Shown: in pieces, positions 14,201-27,632 of the stretch
How positions within the stretch are numbered: the first letter of the stretch is position 1
How the letters are laid out: every line of letters starts with the position of its first letter
Source: Ramazzottius varieornatus
Lineage: Eukaryota; Animalia; Tardigrada
Length of the DNA: 64,000 nt
Assembly (NCBI GenBank): GCA_001949185.1
Contig: BDGG01000009.1
Location: forward strand, 1,353,624-1,417,623
Reading direction: 5' to 3'
Notes under the pieces: generated by a model
The model's database searches: none
What the model was told of the DNA's origin: nothing
What the model saw: the letters and a program-made list of their open reading frames with translations, nothing else
Translations under genes and position numbers: made by a program

Positions 14201-15658
14201 CAGCCGAGCGAGAAGCTCTAACGCCCAAAACGCCCCGCACACCCAACCAACAAGTCTCGGTCCGCAGCATCATCCAGAACCTGGAGAGTAATGGACAACC
14301 CCGACAACCCTACCGGCCGGTAACTTGAGACGTGAACTGCATTTAGAATAATATTTAAAATTGATCGGAATTCCGTCTTGAAAAAGATGACAGCATTGAG
14401 CTTCGAACTTGATCATTTTCAAGAGTTAGTACTGTAGACGGAGCGGAGTATGGCCTGAACAGCTTGATGACTGTTACAGCAGGCCTCGTCGCCCGTCAAC
14501 AAGTCCAGCGGCATCCGCCGACGAGACGACAACATTGTCCGTTCGGAAAGCAACTCGTCGCTGGATTCGGCCGACCATCGCCTGCTGGACTTTGCAGACA
14601 AGTACGTCGACGACGAGCCCAGCATGCCTGGTGACGGGCTAAAGCCCATCCTCAGCACCAAGAGCCAACGCAACAGTCTGACGGGAGAGCGCAGCGAACG
14701 AAAGGATGTCCACGATGCTCTGGGCAGTCTGACCAAGGGCAAAGGCTCAAAGCGTAATGCACTGCTCAAGTTTTGCCAGGACAAGACCATCGGTTACTCG
14801 GTAAGCGGCCAATTCTAACCTTTATGAACAACACCATCGCCCAGCTTTCAGATGTATAACAGATTAACAGTGCAAGGAGTCCGCTCAGGTGTCAAGTACT
14901 GTCTGTCTGCCTGCGACGCTTCCATCGGACTGAATTGCATGCTTGTTGATTATTTTAGCATCTTGTGTGATAGTTTTGTCATGATGATGTGATAATGATG
15001 AATGATTAGCCGTCGTGCATGCTGATTTCTTCTGTGAAGTGATAGGTGATGTGCTTGTATTGTAAGCCTTGTTCTTTTGCCGCCCAAGGATCTTGCTTTG
15101 AAATAAAATTGAATCGTGTCTTGACAAGTCGAGGTTCAGGCGAAACAGGTACTACTGTACTGTGCATAGTATAGGTAGCTCTTGGTGCCTCCGCTGATAC
15201 TTGCCGAACTTTGAGTGTTGTTTCCGGACGAGTGGTCTTGCTGTTCGGATAACCGGTGAGAAGTGGCGGCTCTGTTGGTGTAATCTGACGTCTGTTCTTC
15301 ATTGTAGAAAATCGACATCACCAACTTTTCTTCAAGCTGGAATGACGGTCTGGCCTTTTGTGCCTTGCTCCATTCCTATCTTCCTGATCGAATACCATAT
15401 CAGGAACTGGACAGTAAAGATAAAGTATACTACCATTATGGTCAACCATTCTGTATGGTTCTGTGCTTCGAGTTCGACTTTTTTCTAATATGGTTTCATA
15501 AGCAGAGACGGAACTTCACACTGGCTTTCGAAGCGGCAAAAAGTGTTGGGATTCCACAGACGCTGAACATCAGCGACCTCCTGTCAGATGACCGACCCAA
15601 TTGGCGCGACGTTATGGACTATGTCATCTCCATTTACCAGCATTTTGAGCTAACATAA
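11294..15658 (+). CDS. SPECC1L: Cytospin (SPECC1/SPECC1L-like): Ser-rich N-terminus, long coiled coil, C-terminal calponin-homology domain
   Basis: [26 protein letters not shown]; [19 protein letters not shown]; CH domain [57 protein letters not shown]. Spliced; stop at 15658. Confidence 0.9.
12315..12483. mobile_element. MITE copy 1 (about 170 bp, imperfect ~35-bp TIRs, CAGT-type ends, probably Tc1/mariner-derived) in a cytospin intron
   Basis: Left end CAGTGTACGACAAAATTGACCGTTCAAAATGGGCGT versus reverse complement of right end TAGTGTACGACAAAATAAACCGTTAAAAATGGGTGT. A homologous copy lies at 39687-39852. Confidence 0.85.
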
Positions 15659-16032
15659 AGTAGTACTTCTTGTTTGTTCACGCCCCAAGTTTGTTATCTC
15701 ACCTTTTTGTTAGTTCTACACGATCTCCAGTCTCCAACAGTTGAAAATCTCTCAGCGATAGACCAATGTTTTGTACTGCACAATGCATCGAGAAACGCTT
15801 CATAATCCCGCAGACCGTTTACTGTGCTCAAATGATGGTTTGTGGATGAACAAGGAAACGCGGTATTATTTCGGTGCATGTTCGCCTCGTTTGGATAGTA
15901 GTAAAAGTCGGCATTTGTCGTACGAAACAGTGGAGCGAACGCAGCTCATGGAACTCAATTTCTGAAGAAGAAGTCGAGTTTTGTGACATATCACAGGTGA
16001 ATTGAAGGTTCGTAGAGTGGTGACCACTGCTC

Positions 16033-16805
16033 TCAAAAATAGGCAGAGGACACAAAGTCGATCCATTGAGTTTCCGTGTACATCACTTGCCTAAATGGAC
16101 GATCCATTGCTTTTGCCAATCGAATTGCCAAGATATGCTGACACTGTAATGAGACCAAAAAATACCGTACAAAGCTCAAGTCCGTCCAACGAGTCTCTTG
16201 GCGAAGCTTCACTTACCGTTGGCTCCTTCCGGGTTGTCAGGACTGCAAACGGGAAACCTGATGGTCATTGCCGTAATTTAAAAATGAAACATGGACCAGC
16301 GGCAGCGGACGACTGACGTCATAACTGGGACCGAAAGCATTGATACGAACCTTTCTCTTCAAAGTCCGAGCAGTCACAGAAAGACAAGGCTTGGAAAACT
16401 GTATAGAACTTTTGTGTACTGGTCCTAACCTAAAAAACGGCAACAACAAAAGCAGTCGACGCCGCGCGTTTTCCTAGAAGACTTGCGAGCACTCACCAAC
16501 CTGGTAAGCTTGCCTGTCATCGGATGATGTGGTGAAGATGGAGAGTCGCTCGCGATCTACGCAGTCCAGTGCTAAAGCTGCCGAGGTCGGAAACAGGAAA
16601 TTCAGCATTGACAGCTGCGCGTCTGTCACTAAAAGCTAAAATGGTCACTTCATGCGGCAGCAAATGTGAGCCACAGAGCAGACTTACGGTCTTTGGTCAG
16701 TGCGGCGGACCTTCTGATATCTTCCAGCAGTGCCAGAAACACTGCCTCAGTTTTTGAGGGATGTGATCCATGCATTTCGGGAACGGTGCTATCTTCCGTA
16801 GTCAT
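16033..16805 (-). CDS. ZSWIM7: Zinc finger SWIM domain protein 7 (SWS1, Shu complex), 5 exons, 153 aa
   Basis: Exons 16805-16688, 16628-16501, 16429-16351, 16242-16217 and 16143-16033, all GT-AG and phase-consistent. Translation includes LSMLNFLFPTSAALALDCVDRERLSIF..RQAYQV..FYTV..FCDCSDF..PTCQHILAIRLA, with the SWIM CxC..CxH motif. It aligns by eye to human LKFLFGSSATQALDLVDRQ..YCSCPAF..LCKHLLAV. Confidence 0.93.
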
Positions 16806-17314
16806 TGCTCAGCGCTTTGGCATTACATCGAGTCAGCCACAGAGAGATATCGCAAAACGCCAAAAGTTTAAGAAGACATGATATGTGCCCGAATAAATCA
16901 TTCGGAATGACCCTGGTCCGTTTGTGACAAAAGACGCGAAAGGCTTTCCCGCTCATATAGAAATAAAATACCAGAAAACCGAGACTTCCGGTCGTCTCAT
17001 TTTTCGCAATCCCTACACTTTCGATCGGCGTATACATTGATTTTGGGGCATTTTGATTACCGACCCAGCTCTCAGGCCCGTTTCAATAAATCAATTTAGA
17101 GGTGGTGTGTGCGACCGAGACGAAGCCCGTTCTTCGATCATCGATCAGATGTTTTGATTTTTGCACTTTACCAATTATCATTCTTCATGTGGATTGTGGA
17201 ATTTCCCATTTTCGTGCAACTAGGTTAGGAGTTGGAACACATCAGCGACAACTTCGATAGCTTGACTGCTGGAGGTGATACAGTGCGCGGGAAGGAGGAA
17301 GCGAGGTCGAAGCC

Positions 17315-20300
17315 ATGATCCGCTCGGAAGGATCGGGATCAGTCTATTTGGAGTCGTCACTACGGCTGGCGCGATGTCTGGCTGCCACTCCCAATTGCCC
17401 CAAGAGAAAGGTAAGCAGCTGGCCGGACCGTGCGCACCTGTAAAGTGTGTTAGAGTGACGTGGCATGTTTCCTTCTAGCTCAAGACAATATTCCAGTGCT
17501 GTCCGAAGCTGCCATCAGACGACAAGGTTCGCCTGAACGTCGCCGGACACGATGTGGCCATCACCAAGATCAACGCTATCAACGAGAAGAACGACGAGAT
17601 CGTCTTGACTGGTCAACATCAAGTCAACGTGATTGCTGTTGGCGTCTTTCTTCTAGACTCTGGACTTCAGGTTAGTGCCGGTCGAGCTGAAATATACTTC
17701 CCTGCACTGATCACTGAAGAGCTTGGCCATTTGCAGCACGAAGAGAATCTGGTCAAGTACCTCCTTCGCCTTCTCAGCAAGCTTCCCGATGTCACCTACT
17801 CGGACGACTACCAGTTCACGGAGAACGACCGTAGGTTTGCCCGCGCTGTGGCAGGGGAAAAGTGCAGTTACGCAGTGGCAAATAAGCCATCTTTCCTCTT
17901 AGGGTTGCCTGTCAGTGAGCGCTTCGCCTTCTGTCTCAACACCATCCTCAGTGACATTTCGCCGCGAAGCGTCGCTTTCGGCGAAGACATCATCGGACGG
18001 CAGATTGATGTCCTGGAAGATCTGACCCACAAAGTGACCAAGCTTTGTAAGGACGACGACTTGGGCAAAGAGAAACTGTGTAAGCTTGCCGTGCCCTTCT
18101 GTTGTATTCATTACAAATAGCGTGGAAAGTTGTGGTGTGCATTGACCATCGTATCTCTGCTTAGCCAGTTTGTGCTACGACTTGGTGCCGACCTTGCTGG
18201 GTCTTGTGCGTTCTTTCGGGCGGTTCTCCAAGAACAACATTCCCTTTATCAGTTCGCTCTTTGCCGACGAGGCTTTTGCTCGACGTAAAGGGCTGACCAA
18301 CGATCCGGCGGCGCTACCGCTGGTCCCTCGCACCCTGTCTCGTAGTGCATCAATCAACGGCGCCCCTAATGCCAAGGGCGATGGACGGACGGTCGACATT
18401 GCCGCCAACCCCTTCACCAACTTCCCCTTCTTCCGACGGCAGTCCACCGCCCCTGTACGCCAGGACAACCACCACTTCCAAGAGGCCAGTTCGGTGGAAG
18501 ACCTCCGCCTTTACCTCTTCTCTCGAACTGGAGCCTGCTTTGAAAATGTCGACAAATTCGGTAATAGTGCCGACGAGCTAATTACAAAAGGCGTCACTTT
18601 ATCCGCCTAACCGAACTGTCACAGCTTGAAAGTTCTTCATGTTGGTGTGCATACCATAGGTGAAGGTGGTCCTCAAGCGTTGCCCATGACGGTGTCGAAG
18701 AAGCGGCTGGAAGATGTCTTCAAAGTGACGAGGCAGCTAATGGACGACAAGTTTTTGGAGCTGCTGGACCAAAAGTGTCACGATGTCTATCTGAGCAGTC
18801 CGCCGTCGACAGCCTACCCCTATCGCACCTTCAGTGAGACGATACGCTTCGTGCTGGCCTCCATGTGGCGTCAGCTTTGCTACGACGAGCAGGTGCAGAA
18901 AGGCTCCCGGCTGGCCAAGGAGCTCAAGTCCTTCTTCGAGGAGCTATACAAAAAGTTGCAGAGCATCTCTCAACGTCAGCCACCCAAAGGAGACGACACG
19001 CTGACACGCGGCGGGGTAAGAGCAACTGCCTTCCGATTCTTTGGCATCGGCAAGATAGTTGGCTGACCTCGGTCTTTGTTTCAGATCAAGCCGGTCCATG
19101 CTTACCGGCAAATGATGTACTGCGTGGCCGTCTGTGTGGACATTATGGTCTGGTGCGCCGCCACCTCCAACGAAGCCGAGCCCATCATCACCCAGCTGGG
19201 CAACAAGATCAAGCCCACCGTTCGCAGCAAGACCGGTGTCGTCTCCCAATGCCCAGTTTTCATCTCCTGTCTGGAGGTAAGATGGCCGCGTCTGCTCCTT
19301 TTTTCACACCCGCCACGCGTCATCACCTCTGCTCCACTAATTTAGGCTTTGGCATATTTGTCGAAATTATCACCGAGTATCGCCAACATGGCTCTGGGGC
19401 ACCTACGCAGCTTCCTGATGGAGCCCGACTCGCTGCTGATTAAGCTGCAGCTGGGAGACAAGGACCCTACACAGGGCGCTCGTTCCATGGCCACAGCCAC
19501 ACCGCAAATCGTCACCAACGGCCAGAATGACACGCTGGGTCGAGGTCGGTTCGCCCACATTATGACGACAAATTGTTACAGAAGCTTGTCATGATATTTC
19601 TATTTTGTCAGACTGTGACCGATCTGGTCCAGTGTTGGAGGCGCTGCGTGAATGTAGTATCGAGTGCATCGTCATTGCCCTGGGCATTGCCCAGCAAGAA
19701 GAGCAGGACGCCGTCCAAGCCTTGTTGGCCTTCATGAGCAGCAGCCTGTACCGGGTGGAGCATTCGGACCCGCGCTACCTAGCGGTGGCCACCAACCTGC
19801 TGTCGCTGCTGTCCCGCATTGCCATCCGCTTCAAAGAGGTGCCCAAGACGGTCGAGTCGGTCTTTAACATCTGTCAGGATGTCTTTTGCAAGACGACCCA
19901 CCAGGTTGATGTGGTCATTGTCGAGCAGTTGGCCAACATCATCGTCGGTGGCGTCTACGAGACCTACCCGCTAACGCTCTTCAACATCATCACGGTGGAG
20001 ACCAGCTCAGCAGCCTATGGCCGAGCCGTCAGTAATGACAAGCCCGACTACCGACACGTGGCGCTAGCCGTCATTCGCGGCCTAAAGAGCATCGCCGAAG
20101 GCTTGCAGAACCCCGATGACTTGCTGGACTTTTTGAACAAGATGCTGGAGCTCTTTATCCAGCTGGGCCTGGAAAGCAAGAAAGCCAATGAAAAGAGCGC
20201 CGCTATGAAAGCATCCAGCAGTGCCGGCAATTTGGGTAAGCAGACTGTTGTCGACATAGCCAACCAATAATTTTCAACGGCAAAACATATGCAGTATTTG

Positions 20301-23300
20301 TTTTTGTCCCATAACGCGTAGGTGTCTTGATTCCTGTGATTGCCACTGTGATGCAAAAGATGTCGCCATTGCAGACGCCAAAGCCTCGGCTGCTCAAGCT
20401 GTTGCGTGACTTTTGGCTGTATTCGGCCATTCTGGGCTTCGCCGTGCCCGACTCTGGTCTGTGGCCGGAAGAATGGTTCATGGGCGTATGGCAGATTGCT
20501 GTCAAGACACCACCGCTGGTGACCAAAGAAGTGGTTCTGCGGGCAGAGATTGAGTACAATTCGGCGTTGAAGAGCGACAGCCTGTCGGCGGTTGAGCTGC
20601 AGGACATTCGCAATACTCTCATCGACCTGCTCAAGGCCAACGCCGACCTGGCCTCCAAGATCAAACTCCTCAGCTTGGCTCAATGCTTGTTCCTCCTCTC
20701 CGTTTACAGGTAAGGACAGGCCAATATGCCTCCTGTGCAAAGGCCATACTGTATATCCCTCCACTCATTTTGAAATGCATGATGCAGGCTGGAAACGTTG
20801 AGGGTCATGTACTCGGATGACTCGGAAGCTTTCACTCAGATCTTTGTCTACCTGGAAGACTATTCCCTGCAGAACGATCAAAGTAGGTTTTGTAAATAGT
20901 ACTGGGCTTTCCTCATGGGGTAACTGGTACGTATAAAGGTGTGTGACGTTCCGTAGCTGGTCTGCGGGACGGTGTGCAGGCCATCTCGTACGCCGTGCTG
21001 GACGCCTTTTTGCTGCGGGCGCAGAGCATGCCCAAGCGGGAGAAGCGCAACCAGGATCTGGACAATTTGGCCCAGTACCTGCTGGTGGCCTTCAACAACA
21101 TCAACGCCACCATTCGGCAGATTGCCGACCAGTGGCTCTCTCGTCTGGTCGAGACCTTCCCCCACATCCTCTGGAGCCGCAAAGTGCTGTGGACCATCAT
21201 GGACATTGCACAAACTCTGTCGCAGTCCCTGCAATTTGTATGAAGGGACAGATTAGCTGCCACCTCAGTCATACATGTCTTGTTGAAGCTGGCTTTGCTT
21301 GTAGAATCCCGATGAGGAAGATTTGGTACTGAAGATCTGCAACACGCCGTACTTTATTCGTTGCATGGAGTCGCTGGAGGCGCGGGAGCAGAATGTCAAG
21401 CACTTTACGGGGCGCTGTGAAGAGTTTATCGGCGAAGCCATGAAGTGGGCGCCCTTCGCCGTCCGCTCCAACCTGGAGCAGTACATGCTGGAAGTGACCA
21501 GCGGGCCCGCCTCCAAGCGCGACAAGTCGCCCACCTTCCAGCCCACCGGTCTCAGCTACGCCGCCGAGAACCTCTTGCGCCAAGTTGGCCTCACTGTCGG
21601 ACCAGCGGCTGCTGTAAGTACTGCTCGTATGGCTCTTTCCCTTCTTGACCACACTGATATATATATTCAGATGGATGCACTGTTTGATAGGCCAATGCAG
21701 CCAACCGCAAGACGGGCATGGCCAACAAGGAGGTCTCGGACTTTGTCATGGACTTTACCTCTCGCTGCACCCACTCGGGCGAAGTGCGCAGCATGAAGAA
21801 TCTCATGAAGATGGAGGAGCTGGTCAAGAATCTGCAGCAGCGAATGGACCAAGTCTGCGGCGAGAAGGATGTCAATAAGTTTGAGCAGTTAATGTACCAA
21901 ATCTGCGCCGTCATCATCCAGTCTACCGAAGAGTACAGCGTCTATTCCAGTAAGTCCTCTTCTTCCGTCGTCTCCTACTCTGTCTTTTAACCAAGAGTCC
22001 CTCTTAATGGCAGCGCCCATCATTGATCTTCTGCGCCTGCTGACGTGGAGCGTGACGCAGCTCTTCACCAGCGGCGCAGCCATCAGCGCCATCCGCTGCT
22101 GGCAGTGGCTGCTGGCCGCCAAGCCCGCCATTCACATCAACTTTATCAACCAGATGGTCCTGGCCTGGAACCAGACACACCAGATGAAACTCGGTCAGTG
22201 CACCACATGTCAATCAGTGCAATAGAAGAAAGACCGCGCACAAAATTATCCATCTTTGTTAGGGCTGTTTGCCGAGACCAGTGTCGAGGAAGGTCCGACA
22301 CCGTTGGCGCCGCACAACGGCCAGGTGCGCTTACCGTCGGCCGACATTGAGGCCCACGTTGTGTGGTGCAAGTTTATCCACGAGCGAGTGGAGATTGCCC
22401 GCTACTGCAGCCAGCAGGAGATTGACGTCTTTGTGGCCATGTTCAACCAGTGCCTGGGGACGGCCATCGGCAGCAAGCGCCGCCAGCGCACCATCCGCTA
22501 TGGCTCCTGCCTCTTTCGCTTCCTGGCCAGCGCCCTGCGCCTCCTCCAAGACAACAATGGCCAGAATGTGCCGGCCAAGAATGCCCTCCGCGAACGCATC
22601 TACGCCACCGCCATGGACTACTTTGCCGGCCCGCTCGACTTCCCTCAAGACTTCAAGCAGGAGCTGCTCGACGACATTAAAGTTCTCATTCGCTTTTGGG
22701 TGCTACTGCATACCGACAAGCGCTACCTTCACGCCGAAACAGTCGACTCTTTCGACGGTAAGCTGGCCACAATTAAGCGCTACTTTTGCCCTTTATCACT
22801 GTCTTCCTTGTGCTGTAGCTGCCAGTGTGGAGAAAGCAACGACGACATCCAACGCCAACACGCTGACCGTCAACCGCTCGGGCTGGATGAACATTCCACA
22901 GTCCACCTCCCAGATCAACGTTAACAACAACAACAACAATAATAACCGGCGAGGTAGGGTCACTTTTCTTTGCTGAAGAGGGAGTTTAAGCAGAAGCGTA
23001 AAGTCTGGTTGTGTGTGTGGTGTTGGTAGGCTTGTTGAACAAGCGTCAGACGCGCTTCAACATGGACTTTGCCAAGACGTACGTCCGACGGCGCAACCTG
23101 ATTTTGGCGCTGCTGGCTTCCGAGTACGATCGCTGGGTGGTGTGGTACGACCCGCTGAACGCCAAGGCCGACGACCTGCCCGAAGTCAACGAGACCAAGC
23201 TGCCCGCTTGGATGAGCCAGATTGTCACACCCAAGATGCTGCGCGAGTATGCGCGGGTGGCCTGGCAGGTGTCACCTGTCCTGGCCGTCTACCTGCCTTC

Positions 23301-26300
23301 CCGCTTCCGCAACGCCGATGTGCTGGTCCGCGAGATCAACCGCCTGGTCCGCCTCAAGCCCGAAGCCGTCATGGAAGTCCCGGCTGCTCTGACCTACTTC
23401 GCCACGCCCGAGTGCATCGAAGCGGACCCGCCCGAGCTGGTCAACATTCTGACCTGGGCCAACTGCTCGCCTGTCCAAGCCTTGAACCTCTTCTCCAAGG
23501 ATAGCCCACCCAACTCGGTCACCCACCAGTATGCCTCCAGGGTCCTCAATGGCTACAGCCCCGAAGTCATGATCTTCTACATTCCCCAACTCATCCAAGC
23601 TCTCCGCTACGATTACGTAAGTACTAGTCCACTTCTCACTTCTTGCCTTCTGACTCCAGCCTTCTCGCTGGGCAAGTGCGCGCATTTGCCCCAAGCAGCA
23701 TACACACTGTACAATAGTCAGTGTACGGCTGGCTGTATGCAAGCTGCGGAAAGTGGACAGTCGGTTGCTCAAACCTGCATACTTGTTCACTGTGTTTATC
23801 TACGGCGTTTTGTATGCGGGTTCGCGAAGCGATTACAGCCGATCTGCCCAATGTTTTTCCGTAATCTAGACAGGTGTGTGTTTGGTTGTAGATGGGCCAC
23901 ATTCGAAACTACGTGATCGAAGCAGCTTCCCAGTCTAACCTCCTAGCCCATCAGATCATCTGGAACATCCAGTGCAACAAGTACACGGATGAAGAAGGCA
24001 AAAACGAAGACCCCGTCTTGTTCCGCAAACTACAAGACATCGAGGACGAAATCATCCGCCGGCTGGAAAGCGGGCCGGCCAGAGCCTTCCGCGAACGGGA
24101 GTTTGCCTTCTTCAAAGAAATCACCGACATTAGCGGCACCATCAAGCCCTTTGAAAAGGGGGAAAAGCGCAAGCAGGCTTGCCTGAAAGAATTGGCCAAA
24201 ATCAAGGTCCAACATGGTAGGGTATTCCATGCATAGTCTGCCGTGTTACTTGCTAGTCTCAATCTTGTCCATTGGCCGACAGGATGTTACTTGCCGTCAA
24301 ATCCCGAGGCTGTGGTGGTGGACATTGACGCCAAGTCGGGCTTGCCACTGCAAAGTGCGGCCAAAGCGCCCTACTTGGCCAAGTTCCTGGTCAAGAAGTG
24401 CACACTGGACCAGCTGGAGGAGATTGGCACGGCCGAGGACCCGGCCAGCAAGACGCCGGCTGATGCCCCCGAGTACTGGCAAGCGGCCATCTTTAAAGTC
24501 GGCGACGACGTTCGCCAAGACATGCTGGCGCTGCAGATCATGCAGATTTTTAAGAATGTCTTTGACATGGTAAGACTGTGATTTGATGACAAGCAATTGA
24601 TGGCACGAATTGGCGGCAATTTTTGAGAATATGGTGTAGTGATGATTGTTCCTTTCTTGTGTGCGGTGGATAGGCTGGTTTGCGGTTGTATCTGTACCCG
24701 TACCGCGTGGTGGCCACCGGCCCGGGCTGTGGTGTCATCGAGTGTGTGCCGGACGCCAAGTCGCGGGACCAGCTGGGCAAGCAGACGGATAGCCTGCTAG
24801 AGTACTTTGTGGCCACCTACGGCGACGTCAAGTCGCCCGAGTACATTGAAGCCCGCAGGAATTTCATCCGCAGCATGGCAGCCTACAGCCTCATCACCTT
24901 TATCCTACAAGTCAAGGATCGCCACAACGGCAACATCCTCATCGACAAGCACGGCCACATCATCCACATCGACTTTGGCTTCCTCTTTGAAAGCAGCCCT
25001 GGCGGCAACATGGGCTGGGAACCCGACTTTAAGATGACCACCGAGTATGCCTCGCTGATGGGCGAAAAGATGGAGTCGCAACACTTCAAGTGGTTCATGG
25101 AACTCACTGTCCGCGCTTACGTCGCCGTCAGGTAACCTTTTCCAACCATGACAAGGACAAATAATACTCCTTGTCAGCCTCAACGACAAAGAGGGGCAGA
25201 CATGCCAAGAAGTCAATGGTCAAAACTTTCATGAATAGATATCAAGAAGAAATCAAAAAAGCTGAAATGAGGCTGGTCGGGACCGACTGGTCCAATGTCT
25301 GTAATCTGAAATTGTTCGCCGAACGGGTTTTTCGTCGGGGCTGTTGAGGGTCGGTTGCAAACGGCTAGTGCTGTCTTGTCGGGCACTCAGCGGGGAAGAT
25401 TTTGGCCTGAAGTGCCAATTCGACAACCGAACGACGGCTGAGCTATAAATAGCGTCAGTATAAGTCCAGCGACCAAAATGGCCACTTTGGCCAACGCCAC
25501 TGAGCTACGGTCTCTTCCTTTGCATTTTCTGGATGTTTATGCGCCGCTACGATGGTTGTGTCCTGATATTTGTCCGATACATAATGTGTTATGGCTAAGA
25601 CGCCAGAACAAATGAGTTCGACTGTCAAAATCGATGTCGTACTTTAACACCCTGAGCACGGGGCGGGAAACTCACTTTCCCGGCGCACACTCATTTGTGC
25701 GTAGCGAGTTTCCAGTCTACCTTTTGCTCCCCGTTTTTCCGTTTGCCCGGACAATCAACTCTTCTTGAAACTAAAACTAGTGGCTACTGGACACTGGCTC
25801 TGCAAACCTGTGTGGAATTTTTTTCGTTTCTTAACGGGATTTCGGCGTAGCCAGCAAATTACTTTCCAGCCAGGCTCTCAGTTAGTCCAGAGTTACCAAA
25901 ATAATTGTTGCGCGAGCCCAAACATTTTAGTATCTTGCGACAGTTTCCGATTCGTGGAAAGATCTGCCCAGTGGTCATTAAAAAAACCTTGAAGCCTTGC
26001 CGTTTTGAGTTGGCAGGTGGCGCACTCTACATCATATTCCAAAATTTTGGCTGATCGATGAGGTGGTGATTGGTCTAATTGGGCACCGCCCCCAATTTTT
26101 AACCAGTTAAAACAAGGCGAAAGTGACTTTCTCGCATCGTATTCTGAAATCACGAAATCGCGCAGTGCTCAAGGTGTTAATGTGCCAACGGTGCGGGACA
26201 GGTTTGAATCCGGGTGCGTGTAAAAAGACCGCGCGGATGGTGGGTGAAATATCTGGTCAACGTGTATATCGATCAGCTGATCGCTACGACACATAACAGC

Positions 26301-26872
26301 CAACACGGCGCGTACCGGGGGGATTCTTTACGCGGACCCGGACCAATCTTGTCCCACTTCATTGGCACTCTAAAGCACTCATCAAGCTCGTGTTACAGGC
26401 ATGAGGCAGCGTTCCCCGTAGGAAAAGGGGCAAGTAGGCGGGCAAAGTTCTGACCACCCGTTGTTGGTTTTCCATGGCTGTCGCGCTTGTCGCGCTCAGA
26501 ATGGAATGTAGCCCGTTTAGGTCTACATTCTACAACTTGATGTCAGAAGAGCTCTTTTTCTCTTGAACAGGACAATCGATCAGTCGGTGGCGACCAGCGT
26601 CAGAGTAACTTGTGGAAAATGACATGAGCTTATTCTCTGTTTGAAGGCATTTCCGGGAAGAGATTTGCACGTTGGTCAGTCTGATGTTGGACACGAATCT
26701 TCCCTGCTTCCGCGGGCAGACCATCCCCAAGTTACGGGCCCGCTTTAGTCCCAATGCGTCGGAGCGCGAAGCCGCCGATTACATGATCAAAGTCATCAAA
26801 GATTGCTACTTGAATTATCGGGCGCGCACTTACGATATGCTGCAGTATCAACAGAACAAGATCAACTACTAA
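17315..26872 (+). CDS. PI4KA: Phosphatidylinositol 4-kinase III alpha, many exons
   Basis: N-terminus [14 protein letters not shown]; [10 protein letters not shown]; LLRDFWLYS; [12 protein letters not shown]. Kinase domain: [66 protein letters not shown]. Stop at 26872. The last intron (25132-26646) is unusually long. Confidence 0.97.
25648..26176. mobile_element. Non-autonomous piggyBac-like DNA transposon (529 bp) with TTAA target-site duplication, in the last PI4KA intron
   Basis: TTAA|CACCCTGAGCAC ... GTGCTCAAGGTG|TTAA (12-bp TIR with 1 mismatch; TTAA at 25644-25647 and 26177-26180). A subterminal inverted motif GAAA(C/G)TCACTTTC occurs at unequal distances from the two ends. Confidence 0.85.
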
Positions 26873-27632
26873 CATGACCCCATAGTCAGTTATGCGCAGC
26901 CTTGATCTCCACGCTCCTTTCGGGCTTTACTTGACACCTTACTTGCTTGCAGGTCATCTGGCCAGTTACCAAAGCATATGCAAAAGAGAGAAAATATGAG
27001 TCTTTTATGCTTTACCAATGTTTTTTACACTGTCTGTGTTTTTGCCTGGTGATTTCTATAGTCTTTGCTTCGGTCAGTGGCTAAAGGTGGATATCGGTTT
27101 CATGCACTTTGTCTGTACGGTCATCGCTTAGCTGGCCAAATATTTACTGGTGAAGATAGCTGCAAGGAGCAGACAGTTACGTCAGTAACCTTGCTGCGCC
27201 ATACAGACATACTTTCCAAGCGTTTCCGTGTCCATCTTGAGCAATGTGGCCAACCGTTGAGATCAAGTTCAAGGATCACTCGCGCCAAGTGCCCATTGGC
27301 CTGCTCCATCACGCAGCCTTTTCCCGTATCGGCAACGCCATCACACACCGCCGTAATTTGTCCACTGTATTTTTCTAATTAGCCGTGAAATGATTTTTCT
27401 CACTATGTCTTCCTTGTAGGCTTTCTTCGGCTAGAGGGAAAGATAGCCGTCTTTACAGTTTCTTCTAGCCCACCGTCTATCCAGGTAAGGAACTTGGAGC
27501 TGGGAAACCGTCCTTGTTTTGCCAAACTTTGGGTTTTAATGATACAGCGGAAAGCATCACAAATTAAAAATACAGACAAAAAGTGTGAGAGAAGAAAGTG
27601 GCAACTCAGTGGCCAAACAAGGAAGAATGGAG

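Noticed and set aside
22923-22946. (AAC)n repeat in PI4KA
   Set aside because: Ordinary coding poly-Asn in a variable loop.
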